Shown here piece after piece: positions 1 through 8,492 of a stretch of DNA of 64,000 nt. This DNA is from Silvanigrellaceae bacterium (GTDB lineage Bacteria > Bdellovibrionota_B > Oligoflexia > Silvanigrellales > Silvanigrellaceae), in assembly GCA_044339525.1 (NCBI GenBank), contig JBIIVH010000005.1, positions 8,746-72,745 of the forward strand, read 5' to 3'. Numbering within the stretch: position 1 is the first letter of the stretch; the number at the start of each line of letters is the position of its first letter. A model generated the notes under the pieces. It was not told the DNA's origin, searched no databases, and saw nothing but the letters and a program-made list of their open reading frames with translations. The translations under genes and the position numbers were made by a program.

Positions 1-917
1 ACTTGCTGAAGCCTGGAATTTCGCTGAGGGGTGCTCAAAATTCCAAATCCAAACCCTGTCCGCTGAGTGGTTTTTTGTGCGTCCAGCCAATACTTTCCCG
101 ATTCTTTGGCGGAGGCCTGAGGAGTGAGTTTGGCCAACGCTCTCATGCCCCACCCCAACCCTGCGGCGTCGTAAGTGATTCCATCCCTTTCTTTTTCAAT
201 GTCTTTTTTAGAGTGGCGTAGCCAGCGATCGGAGGCCTCCAGCATTTCCCGGTCATCCAAAATGGCTTGGGTGGCGCGAATCGTCCCTTCCGAAAAGTTT
301 TTCTTGGATCCCGAGTCCCCCAAAAAACTCAATTTAACCACAGAATTAAGATTGTTATCATGTTGGATCTCCAGGTCCCTCACCAAAACAGCAGGGGCAT
401 CGGCGTCCAAGTAAGCAAATCGATTGGTATGCCTTTTGGCTAGCCATGGAAAAAGGGGATGGGGTTCGGGAGTACCCGGTTGAGTGGTGATGCGGGCCAC
501 CAGATCGTCCTGACCTGCCTCTGGAAAAAGTTCCAGTTTTGGGTTTAATCCCAAGTGTTTTGCGGTGATCATCATGTTTTCCACAGCACAACCAAGCCCA
601 AGGTAAAGTTCCCGGGAAAGAGAATCCATGGCGCCCAAGCTTTTCTCTTTGTTGGCATAAAGAGTTATGGTATGGTCTAACCAGTGAAAAAGCCAAGGCT
701 GAGTGTTGTGAGGGCTGGCCGCCAAAACAGCCGCTGCCAAACACTGTTCGTGGGGAGAAAGAGAACCTTGGGGAAAGTTCCACGGAGAATAAGCGGGACC
801 CGTGGCCGCTTCGTAATACCCACCACTTGTGGAACACCCATTCAAACCACCAGCCATCCCTGCTAAAGCCCAAAGAGTCCCCTGTTTAAGAACGAATCGC
901 CGATCCCTTGCCGTCAT
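1..917 (-). CDS. Acg-like nitroreductase-family FMN oxidoreductase with twin-arginine signal (C-terminal end runs off the window)
   Basis: Absent from the ORF track because it runs off the left edge. The reverse-strand ATG is at 917 (plus-strand cat 915-917). The frame stays open to position 1 (305 codons). The translation starts MTARDRRFVLKQGTLWALAGMAGGLNGC, which carries a Tat motif (RDRRFVLK), and contains SPHNTQPW, typical of Acg/nitroreductase-like proteins. Track ORFs 3-221, 175-414, 358-873 and 684-866 are other frames of this gene. Confidence 0.6.
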   Translation of the reverse strand, partial: MTARDRRFVLKQGTLWALAGMAGGLNGCSTSGGYYEAATGPAYSPWNFPQGSLSPHEQCLAAAVLAASPHNTQPWLFHWLDHTITLYANKEKSLGAMDSLSRELYLGLGCAVENMMITAKHLGLNPKLELFPEAGQDDLVARITTQPGTPEPHPLFPWLAKRHTNRFAYLDADAPAVLVRDLEIQHDNNLNSVVKLSFLGDSGSKKNFSEGTIRATQAILDDREMLEASDRWLRHSKKDIEKERDGITYDAAGLGWGMRALAKLTPQASAKESGKYWLDAQKTTQRTGFGFGILSTPQRNSRLQQ

Positions 918-970
918 ATGATAACTCCCTAATGATGAATGCGTATTCCAGAGTACCCGGTGACACATCA

Positions 971-994
971 AAAAGTCAACGAGGTGTGACTTTT
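971..994 (-). terminator. weak AT-rich hairpin downstream of the trans-sulfuration gene (candidate intrinsic terminator)
   Basis: Inverted repeat AAAAGTCA-N8-TGACTTTT about 45 nt past the stop at 1039. On the - strand the stem runs into a T5 tract. The stem is short and AT-rich, so support is weak. Confidence 0.25.
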
Positions 995-1038
995 AAATCG
1001 GCAGAGTCCGTCAAAACTTTAAAGTGAGGCCTAGTTCC

Positions 1039-2214
1039 TTATCCTTCCGCGGCTTGTTTTAAATCTTCAATCAAATCCACTTCATCTTCAATCCCCACCG
1101 AAAATCGCAATAGATTCTGGGTGATGCCTAGCTTTTCCCGGTGGTCCGGAGGCACGGAGGCGTGGGTCATGGTTTCGGGGTGATTCACCAAGGATTCTAC
1201 GCCCCCCAGACTTTCCGCCAAAGTGAATAGTTTGAGTTTAGAAAGGAAAACTTTAACCTGTTCAAAATTTCCTTTGTAACGTGCACTCACAATTCCGCTA
1301 AACCCACTCATTTGCTTCAAGGCCAAAGCGTGTTGGGGGTGGCTGGAGAGTCCAGGATAAATCACTTCAAAAAAGGAGCTATGGGACTCTAAAAATTGAG
1401 CCACTTTTAAGGCATTTTTTTGATGTCTTTCCATGCGAATGCCCAAGGTTTTCACCGAACGTAACAAAAGGAAACACTCAAAAGGCGCGTTCACGGCGCC
1501 GCCGGCAAATTGAATGAATTTGAGCTCCTGTGCCAGTGCGGGATGGCTTGTCATCACCACACCACCCACTAAATCACTATGCCCCCCTAGGTATTTGGTG
1601 CTGCTATGCACCACCAAATCGGCTCCCAGAGTTAAGGGGAGTTGGAAATAGGGACTGGCAAAGGTGTTGTCCACGGCCACCAAAATGCCTTTTCCTTGAA
1701 CCGACTTACACACCTCGCTAATGTCCACCAGATGAAGAAGGGGATTGGTGGGGGTTTCCAACCAAATGAGTTTGGTGTTGGATTTTAAATGTTCTTTAAC
1801 GCTATAGGCATCTCGCATATCGATAAACTCAAACTCCAAGCCATATTTGGCAAAGAGTTTTCTAAAAAGCCGTCCCGTGCCGCCATAGACATCATCACAC
1901 ACCAGCACGTGATCTCCGGGAGAGAGGGTTTGTACCACGGCCTGCACCGCCGCCAAGCCCGAGGCAAAGCTAATGGCAAATTGAGCCTTTTCTAAAGCCG
2001 CCAAACTCTTTTCAAGGGAGTCCCGGGTGGGGTTCCCTCCTCGGGAATAATCATAACCCTTGTGTTCATTAGGACCTTGTTGGGCATAAGTGGATGTTTG
2101 AAAAATGGGGGTCATGACCGCGCCCGTGATGGGTTCGGGTTCCACACCCGCGTGCACACATCGGGTTTGAAAGCCTTGACGAAATTCCTTGCCAGAAGTG
2201 GAGTGAGAATGCAT
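1039..2214 (-). CDS. PLP-dependent Cys/Met-metabolism enzyme (cystathionine beta-lyase / gamma-synthase family)
   Basis: 391 aa. N-terminus ...TRCVHAG...TPIFQTSTY, and the PLP-lysine motif STKYLGGHSD. Length and layout are typical of the MetB/MetC/CGL family. Subfamily not assignable by eye. Confidence 0.85.
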   Translation of the reverse strand: MHSHSTSGKEFRQGFQTRCVHAGVEPEPITGAVMTPIFQTSTYAQQGPNEHKGYDYSRGGNPTRDSLEKSLAALEKAQFAISFASGLAAVQAVVQTLSPGDHVLVCDDVYGGTGRLFRKLFAKYGLEFEFIDMRDAYSVKEHLKSNTKLIWLETPTNPLLHLVDISEVCKSVQGKGILVAVDNTFASPYFQLPLTLGADLVVHSSTKYLGGHSDLVGGVVMTSHPALAQELKFIQFAGGAVNAPFECFLLLRSVKTLGIRMERHQKNALKVAQFLESHSSFFEVIYPGLSSHPQHALALKQMSGFSGIVSARYKGNFEQVKVFLSKLKLFTLAESLGGVESLVNHPETMTHASVPPDHREKLGITQNLLRFSVGIEDEVDLIEDLKQAAEG

Positions 2215-2284
2215 GGGAAAGGTCCTTTTTGAGCAAATGCGGCCTATAAAGTGGGTATCCCTAAAACTAGGGACAAAAAATGGG

Positions 2285-2830
2285 TCAGAGATAGGGTTTG
2301 TACTGGATAGACAAAATCGTCAATACCCGGACCCGCCCCGGGGTTTCGATTTCCAGAGTGTCCCCCACCTTAAATTTTAACATACCCTTTCCCAAAGGAC
2401 TTTTCCAGCTAATTCGTTTTTGGGCGGTGTCGATCTCGTCCTCACCCACTATGATGTATTCAAAGACCTTTTCCAGATCCTCATCCCTCACCCGCACCGT
2501 GGCCCCAAAGCGCACGGAATGGGGATCTTGGGTGGTGGGCTCTACCACCCGCGCGCTTTCCATGCGTTTATTTAAAAATCTTGTTCTTTTATCAATTTCT
2601 CGAAGGCGCTTCTTGCCATATTGGTACTCCGCATTTTCGGAACGATCGCCTTGTTTTACAGCGGCTTGAATTTCTACAATAATGACCTTCCGTTCATCCT
2701 GTAGAGCTTTTACCTGTTCCTTTAATTTCTGAAACCCTCCCGGCGAGATGAGGTTTACCTTGTCCCCTTTTTCGCCTTCGGGTTTGTCTTCCGTACTTTC
2801 TCGAGTTTCCAAGTTTGAGGCTATTTTCAC
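2285..2830 (-). CDS. greB: transcription elongation factor GreB-like
   Basis: 181 aa with a GTG start. The segment GDRSENAEYQYGKKRLREIDKRTRFLNKRME closely matches the GreB coiled-coil tip rather than GreA. A C-terminal globular domain is present, plus a roughly 25-aa acidic N-terminal extension. Confidence 0.75.
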   Translation of the reverse strand: MKIASNLETRESTEDKPEGEKGDKVNLISPGGFQKLKEQVKALQDERKVIIVEIQAAVKQGDRSENAEYQYGKKRLREIDKRTRFLNKRMESARVVEPTTQDPHSVRFGATVRVRDEDLEKVFEYIIVGEDEIDTAQKRISWKSPLGKGMLKFKVGDTLEIETPGRVRVLTILSIQYKPYL

Positions 2831-2839
2831 CTGTGATTC

Positions 2840-5128
2840 CTATCCGGCCCTCTGTACGGCACTGATGTGAATGTAAAACTCCCCAGGCTTAGCGTCCGTA
2901 TCTTTTTCACAGGGAAAATCCGCTTGACCTTTGCGCAGCAAGGGGGAATTTTCAGGAATCCAAACCTTGAGCCATTTTCCAGCTGGATTTCGAGTGGGGT
3001 GATACAAAGTCTGACCCGAGAGTTGCTTGGCTAACGTACTTTCTTCTTCTGTCCAAGGCAAGGTGGCCACGAGCTGATTGACTTTGATGAGTCCGCATCG
3101 ATTGGATTTGCCCGCGTCTCCAAATTGAGGCTTTCCACGAACATTATCTCCCCCTTCATTCACACCCACCCAAACGGATGGAAATTCCAAAAGAAATTGC
3201 CTTACGGAAGTCACAATGGGGTCCTGTGGGGAAATGGAAATGCCAGAATCTTTCGGAGGCATGGATCCAGACTCGATTTTTACCCAAAAACTGCTGGAGG
3301 CCGGGTCTCCACCCCTCACCCATGTGCCCATCTTTACCAAGTAACGCAATGAGGCAAACCCATCTTCGTTTTTATCGTTGTCTAATACAAAGGAATCATG
3401 GCACCCATTACAAAGATTTTTTTGCCCGTTGTTGTGTAAAAGTTTTTTTTCCACTTCGGGATAAAGGCGGCTAAAAACTTCAGTTTGATTGGCCTTAAAC
3501 AGATCCACGATTGTCTGGCTGATGGGCGGCTTGGGGGCGTCGGGAAAGGGTTGGCCAGAAAAGGCAGCCAACCTTAAAATGGCGTGATTTTTATCTTCCG
3601 CAATTAAAATACTTCCATCACTCATTTCCAATAGCCCCACGGGAGCTCCTTTTTCCCGAAATCCGAGGGAGTCATACCAGCCTCGAATCACCTCTGTGTG
3701 TTTCGTTTTTCCCCCTTGGGAGGGAAATCCCCCGGTGGGTTCAAAGGGAACCTCCACACTCTGGGTGGTTTCCGCTGGAGAATCTTGACGAAAGGAGATG
3801 GGATCGTTGGTGGGTTTGGGCTGTTTTGTTTGGGGATCCACGTCATAGGCCACCACCCGGTGACCCGGAGTTCGATAACCATGCCAGGACATGAGAAGCT
3901 TGCCTTTTAGGCCGGGAAACATGGTGCCTTGGTAATAAATGGCATCTAATGGGGCCGCGTGGGGAGGGATCAAATAGGCGGGAGGTCGGTACCGTGGGTT
4001 GGTTTTGCAGTTAAACTGATCCGCGGTCCATTCTTCACTCTGTGCCATAAAATCATAACAAAAGGGCCAGCCAAAATGCACTGCTTTTCGTGTGGAAAGG
4101 GCGTCCTGAATGTCTTGGGCACGAATGAGGTTCATCTCTTCATAGGGTCGCCGGGAGTCCGGAAAATCCCGAGCGTTTTCCGCCTGAATCACATCTCCCG
4201 ATTGGGGATCTTGAATGAGCACCATGGAATTGCGAAGTCCCTCTGCGATAACAGTATAATTGGGGTTTACCGTTTTGCCTTGGGCGTCAAGGGGATAAAA
4301 CCGAAGGGAGGAACCATGGGCATAAGAATTTTTAGGTGTTTCGTTGGTTTCTTGTTCGGCACACACTGGTTTTCCCGCGGATATAGCGCAATGATCCGAT
4401 ACCGCGCCGATATTCACAATCAACCCTTGAAGTTCCTTTTGTTTGTAAAAGGTAAAATGTGTTAAGGGATGCATGCTCATCTTAACTTTGTCTTTCCCGT
4501 CACACCCAGGTCCAAATTGAGGTCCGCAAACCATGGGTGGAAGCTGACTCACCACCACCTGTTTGTCTTTCAAAACAGGAACCTCCTTTTCAAAAGACAA
4601 CTCAAAAGATACGATTTGATGCATTTCTCCCAGGAAAAATCGATTGTTAAAACCAGCACGAATGGTATGAGGAAGATTCAAACCTTCCAAAAGTTTAATT
4701 TTTTGGATTTGTTTGGCACCACCTGAGTTTGTAATACGTATGTACCACAAAATCCCTTTGCCCGGTTCCCATCCCGAGTTCCCCCAATCCGTGAGGAGAA
4801 ATTCAAGCCCAGAAGCCCCCACCCTGGGGATAGACTCCATATAACGGGGAAAAAAAGACTTAGGGTTGGCATCCGGTCCCAAAAGTTCTTTGTAATTCAA
4901 AAACAAACCCACACAGGATTGGGTGGAGGCTTCTGTTTCGATGTGCAACCGGGGAAACCCCCCACAACTGGTGTCCCCTTTTATGAACTTTTTACCTAAA
5001 ATGGTTTCTGTTTGTGGGGCTCCCGCCGATTGATTTTGGGTGGAGTCACCTCCACGGGATTTCCAAAGCTTACAAGTCCCTAAGCTACCAAAAGCTGTAA
5101 ACAATACCAATTTAGCCACTATTTTCAT
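2840..5128 (-). CDS. secreted PQQ-dependent sugar (sorbosone/glucose) dehydrogenase-like beta-propeller protein with a C-terminal CXXCH haem motif
   Basis: 762 aa with an N-terminal signal peptide. sGDH-like signatures are GLRNSMVLIQDP, HFGWPFCYD, PPHAAPLDAIYYQG, SWHGYR and GLLEMSDGSILIAEDKNHAILRL. These are followed by CNGCH and a roughly 150-aa tail. The gene lies next to the pqq genes. Confidence 0.55.
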   Translation of the reverse strand: MKIVAKLVLFTAFGSLGTCKLWKSRGGDSTQNQSAGAPQTETILGKKFIKGDTSCGGFPRLHIETEASTQSCVGLFLNYKELLGPDANPKSFFPRYMESIPRVGASGLEFLLTDWGNSGWEPGKGILWYIRITNSGGAKQIQKIKLLEGLNLPHTIRAGFNNRFFLGEMHQIVSFELSFEKEVPVLKDKQVVVSQLPPMVCGPQFGPGCDGKDKVKMSMHPLTHFTFYKQKELQGLIVNIGAVSDHCAISAGKPVCAEQETNETPKNSYAHGSSLRFYPLDAQGKTVNPNYTVIAEGLRNSMVLIQDPQSGDVIQAENARDFPDSRRPYEEMNLIRAQDIQDALSTRKAVHFGWPFCYDFMAQSEEWTADQFNCKTNPRYRPPAYLIPPHAAPLDAIYYQGTMFPGLKGKLLMSWHGYRTPGHRVVAYDVDPQTKQPKPTNDPISFRQDSPAETTQSVEVPFEPTGGFPSQGGKTKHTEVIRGWYDSLGFREKGAPVGLLEMSDGSILIAEDKNHAILRLAAFSGQPFPDAPKPPISQTIVDLFKANQTEVFSRLYPEVEKKLLHNNGQKNLCNGCHDSFVLDNDKNEDGFASLRYLVKMGTWVRGGDPASSSFWVKIESGSMPPKDSGISISPQDPIVTSVRQFLLEFPSVWVGVNEGGDNVRGKPQFGDAGKSNRCGLIKVNQLVATLPWTEEESTLAKQLSGQTLYHPTRNPAGKWLKVWIPENSPLLRKGQADFPCEKDTDAKPGEFYIHISAVQRAG

Positions 5129-5275
5129 AGGTTTTCCTTAAAATAATCGTAAGCCAATTAGAATCCAAAAAATTGGCGGCGGTCCCATTTTTCAAAACGG
5201 CAAGAGATTTTCATGATAAAATAAAATGAATCTGGTTTCCACTCGCGTTAATCTAAATCCAAGGAGATCTCTGTC

Positions 5276-5437
5276 ATGAATCCAACCCATCCCTCTGAAA
5301 CCACCGAATTTGCCCCCAAAACTCTGGAAAGATCGTGTTTAGATGAAACTTCGGAAGCCACCATTGGTTGGGTCCCTCCCCGCTTTGAGGAGATCCGTCT
5401 TGGGTTTGAAGTGAGTATGTACGCTATGACAAGGTAA
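5276..5437 (+). CDS. pqqA: coenzyme PQQ precursor peptide PqqA (53 aa, N-terminally extended)
   Basis: Absent from the ORF track (under 60 aa). AAGGAG at 5261-5266 lies 9 nt before the ATG at 5276, and the TAA stop is at 5435-5437. Translation: MNPTHPSETTEFAPKTLERSCLDETSEATIGWVPPRFEEIRLGFEVSMYAMTR. The C-terminal WVPPRFEEIRLGFEVSMY matches the PqqA core, including the E-x-x-x-Y cross-link pair. Confidence 0.8.
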   Translation: MNPTHPSETTEFAPKTLERSCLDETSEATIGWVPPRFEEIRLGFEVSMYAMTR

Positions 5438-6548
5438 CAGAATCTGGACTCATCCCCCGATAAACCGGCCAAGATGGCTCCTTCTGCTGAGAATTTCTCC
5501 ATTTCAAGACTTGTTGATGGTCGGGCGAAAGGGAACAGGCCGGATCGGCCGCCTCCATCTTGCCCGTGAGGGCGTAGGCCTGGCACCGGCATCCCCCAAA
5601 ATCCACTTCCGCTCCTGGGCACCCCTGGCAAGGACTTCTCATCCACTGGGTGCCACGAAACCGATTGAAGATTGCGGAGGATTCCCAAATCGCTTTTAAA
5701 CTTTCCTTTGCCACACTAGGAAAAGAGTCAAACGGCAGATCTCGAGCGCCGTGACAAGGTAACACAAGTCCATCCGGAGCCACCGTGATCAAAATCCGAC
5801 CCCAACCCGCCGCACAGGGTTTAGCCTTTCCCTCAAAGTAATCGGGCACCACAAAGTAAATTTTGAGTAGGCCTTGGAACTTTTGTTGCAAACGTTGGGT
5901 CACTTCACTCGCCTTTAAAACCTGCTCTTGGGACGGCATGAGGGATTCTCGGTGCACCAACGCCCAGCCTGCAAACTGCACACAGGCCAACTCAATGTAA
6001 TTAGCCCCCTGAGAGTAGGCAAATTCAACCATTTCCTCCAGTTGGTCCATGTTTTTTCGATGCAAAACCACGTTAAAAACCACAGGAAAACCACTGGCTT
6101 TTACCCTTTGCATCACCACTTTTTTTTCTTCAAAACATTTTTGCCCCGCGATGACATCATTGAGTTCTGCCTGGGATGACTGAAAACTCAACTGAATGTG
6201 ATCCAGTCCCGCCCTTTTAAGAGCATCCAGCCGAGAGGCGGTAAGTCCCACGCCCGAGGTGATGAGATTGGTGTAGTAACCCAACTCCCGGGCGTGCTGC
6301 ACCAACTCCTCCAAATCCCGCCGCAGCAAGGGCTCCCCACCCGAAAAACCCAGTTGCACCGCACCCAATTGCCTGCCTTGACTCAAAACCTCCTTCCAAT
6401 CAGCAGTGGAAAGTTCCTTGCCAAAGGTGCTTTTAAAGTCCTTGGGATTGGAACAATAAGAACACTTTAATGGGCATCGGTAGGTGAGCTCTGCCAAAAG
6501 CCAAAGGGGTTTTCTTAAGGATTCCGAAGGAGATTGGCTAATTTCCAT
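5424..6548 (-). CDS. pqqE: PQQ biosynthesis radical SAM enzyme PqqE
   Basis: 374 aa. Radical SAM cluster motif CPLKCSYC near the N-terminus, a Cys-rich C-terminal SPASM-like region, and a position after pqqD. Confidence 0.9.
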   Translation of the reverse strand: MEISQSPSESLRKPLWLLAELTYRCPLKCSYCSNPKDFKSTFGKELSTADWKEVLSQGRQLGAVQLGFSGGEPLLRRDLEELVQHARELGYYTNLITSGVGLTASRLDALKRAGLDHIQLSFQSSQAELNDVIAGQKCFEEKKVVMQRVKASGFPVVFNVVLHRKNMDQLEEMVEFAYSQGANYIELACVQFAGWALVHRESLMPSQEQVLKASEVTQRLQQKFQGLLKIYFVVPDYFEGKAKPCAAGWGRILITVAPDGLVLPCHGARDLPFDSFPSVAKESLKAIWESSAIFNRFRGTQWMRSPCQGCPGAEVDFGGCRCQAYALTGKMEAADPACSLSPDHQQVLKWRNSQQKEPSWPVYRGMSPDSVTLS

Positions 6549-6825
6549 GGCCCATTTCCTGCACCCAACCTTTTTGATACGACATGTTTAAAAACTCTAA
6601 GACATCACTAGCCACGCTCTCTTTTTGGTATTTTTCTGATAGCTCCTGAGCCAAATCCCCTGCCCGTTTGGCGCCATCGAGCCGATTTAAAATCTCAGCC
6701 GCCGAAGGATTGAGCTTGATCATCCCCTCCGGGAAAAGGAGCACATAAGACTTTTGAGCCGGTTCAAATTGGAGTCGATGCCCCTGAGCTAAGGTGAACT
6801 TAAAGCTGCCAATGGAATTGGGCAT
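6538..6825 (-). CDS. pqqD: PQQ biosynthesis peptide chaperone PqqD
   Basis: 95 aa, lying between pqqC and pqqE with overlapping ends. The segment ...LLFPEGMIKLNPSAAEILNRLDG is typical of PqqD. Confidence 0.85.
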   Translation of the reverse strand: MPNSIGSFKFTLAQGHRLQFEPAQKSYVLLFPEGMIKLNPSAAEILNRLDGAKRAGDLAQELSEKYQKESVASDVLEFLNMSYQKGWVQEMGHGN

Positions 6826-7528
6826 GGGTTGTGTTTCCTTCCACTACGTAATACATATGTATTGCATCCAACATGGACCATAAAATATTCATTTTGAACT
6901 TTAAGATTTCTAGTGCACGCTGTTGGGAGGTCGATGTGGTGAAATGTTGTAAAGTTAACGTTAAGCCATGATCCACGTCTCTTCGGCACTGGGAAAGGCG
7001 CTGCTTAAAATACGTTAGGCCAGACTCCGCCATCCAAGGGTAATGGATAGGAAAGGAATCCATGCGCTTTTGATGGGCTTCACCCGCAAAAAGTTCGGTT
7101 AGGGATGCGCATACCGTTTCCTGCCATGGTGCCGTCTGGGCAAAGTGCAAATAAGCATCACAAGCAAATTTTACCCCTGGCAACACATGGCCAAGATCCA
7201 ACAATTCCTTTCGGTGCAGCCCCACCGCTTCTCCCAATTGAAGCCAGGCTTCGATTCCCCCTCCCCCGGGCTCTGCCGAGGTTCCATCTTGATCTTGGAT
7301 CCTTTGGATCCACTTTTGCCTTACCAAACGATCCGGACACTTAGACAAAAGAACAGCGTCTTTTAAGGGGATCAGCTGCTGATAATAAAATCGATTCAGC
7401 ACCCAACCTTGCATTTGGAAACGATTGAGCTTCCCTTCTTGCATCAAGACCTGAAAGGGGTGCTCCAAATGATAGGAATTTCTAAGCTGCAACATCTGAT
7501 GATGGAACTCTTGAGGACTCCAACTCAT
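6800..7528 (-). CDS. pqqC: pyrroloquinoline-quinone synthase PqqC
   Basis: 242 aa. Size and position (ATGA overlap with the pqqB stop) fit PqqC, and the protein looks like the helical TenA/PqqC family. Confidence 0.85.
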   Translation of the reverse strand: MSWSPQEFHHQMLQLRNSYHLEHPFQVLMQEGKLNRFQMQGWVLNRFYYQQLIPLKDAVLLSKCPDRLVRQKWIQRIQDQDGTSAEPGGGGIEAWLQLGEAVGLHRKELLDLGHVLPGVKFACDAYLHFAQTAPWQETVCASLTELFAGEAHQKRMDSFPIHYPWMAESGLTYFKQRLSQCRRDVDHGLTLTLQHFTTSTSQQRALEILKFKMNILWSMLDAIHMYYVVEGNTTHAQFHWQL

Positions 7529-8475
7529 AACTCAAACTCCATTTTGTCCCTCCCCACTTGGTAACTCATCTCCTTCACCCTTTGGTGGGCTGAAGAATGG
7601 GAATCCAATAAGGGATTGGTGTTGTTGATGTGCACAAACACAACATTTTGGATGCCATAGGCCCGGAGTTGCTCCAATAACCCGTTGGGGCCCCCCAAAG
7701 GAGCGTGCCCCATGGACCGGGCGGTATGGGCACTCGCGCCCAGTTGTACCAGCTCCAAATCATCCCAGAATGTCCCATCTAAGAGTTGCACTTGGGAGCC
7801 ACGCATCCACTCCAACAAGATCTGACCTGTGGCATCCTCTAAAGATCCTATGGAAGGTGCGTACACGGCCCACTTTCCGGAAACTAGGCTTTGGATGCGC
7901 AGGGCCCCTTGGTTTCCAGGGGAAGCCCCCCCTTCCCTTTGGTGAGAAAACCTTGGGGCCTTGCCTGGCATGGGGAGGAAGGAGAATTCCATCTCAGGGT
8001 GATCGCTCAGCCGAAAGGTTAAATAGGGCAAATTTCCCCACTCCAAAGGATGCAATTTCACCCCACAAAACGAATTTAATACTTTAAATATGGGAAAATC
8101 ACACTGGAGATCTTTAATCACCTGCGGGCTCGCGTGCACAGGAATTTGGGTTCCTTCCCTCAGGAAAAGTAAGCCTGAGGTGTGGTCGATCTGACTGTCT
8201 GTGAGTATTACATTTGTAACACAAGAGTGTCGCACCGCTTCACCGGACAGGGAATGGTTCGGACCCAAAGGGCGCACCCTTTCAAGTTGTCTGGCGATGT
8301 CGGGGGAGGCATTCACCAGTACCCCTTTATCCCCCCGCCCACTCACCCATAGACTACTCTGCGTGCGGGGTATCCACCTCTTAGGATCCCTTCGAGCCCC
8401 CTGGCATTGAGGGCAACGGCAATTCCACTGGGGAAACCCACCTCCCGCTGCCGATCCCAAAACCGTCAATCGCAT
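7525..8475 (-). CDS. pqqB: PQQ biosynthesis protein PqqB (metallo-beta-lactamase fold)
   Basis: 316 aa. The N-terminus MRLTVLGSAAGGGFPQWNCRCPQC is the characteristic PqqB signature. Confidence 0.9.
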   Translation of the reverse strand: MRLTVLGSAAGGGFPQWNCRCPQCQGARRDPKRWIPRTQSSLWVSGRGDKGVLVNASPDIARQLERVRPLGPNHSLSGEAVRHSCVTNVILTDSQIDHTSGLLFLREGTQIPVHASPQVIKDLQCDFPIFKVLNSFCGVKLHPLEWGNLPYLTFRLSDHPEMEFSFLPMPGKAPRFSHQREGGASPGNQGALRIQSLVSGKWAVYAPSIGSLEDATGQILLEWMRGSQVQLLDGTFWDDLELVQLGASAHTARSMGHAPLGGPNGLLEQLRAYGIQNVVFVHINNTNPLLDSHSSAHQRVKEMSYQVGRDKMEFEL

Positions 8476-8492
8476 TGGAGCCGCCTCTCTTT

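Noticed and set aside
3-873. Track ORFs 3-221(+), 175-414(+), 358-873(-) and 684-866(+)
   Set aside because: All overlap a 305-codon open frame on the - strand (1-917) with clear Tat-signal and nitroreductase-like features. Their own translations are low-complexity and Arg/Gly/Ser/Pro-rich, as expected for shadow frames.
5248-5688. 146-aa - strand ORF overlapping the pqqE 3' end and antisense to pqqA
   Set aside because: It lies in a different frame over pqqE coding sequence. The translation is Gly/Arg/Ser/Pro-rich, with no RBS and no motif. The region is better explained by pqqE plus the + strand pqqA.
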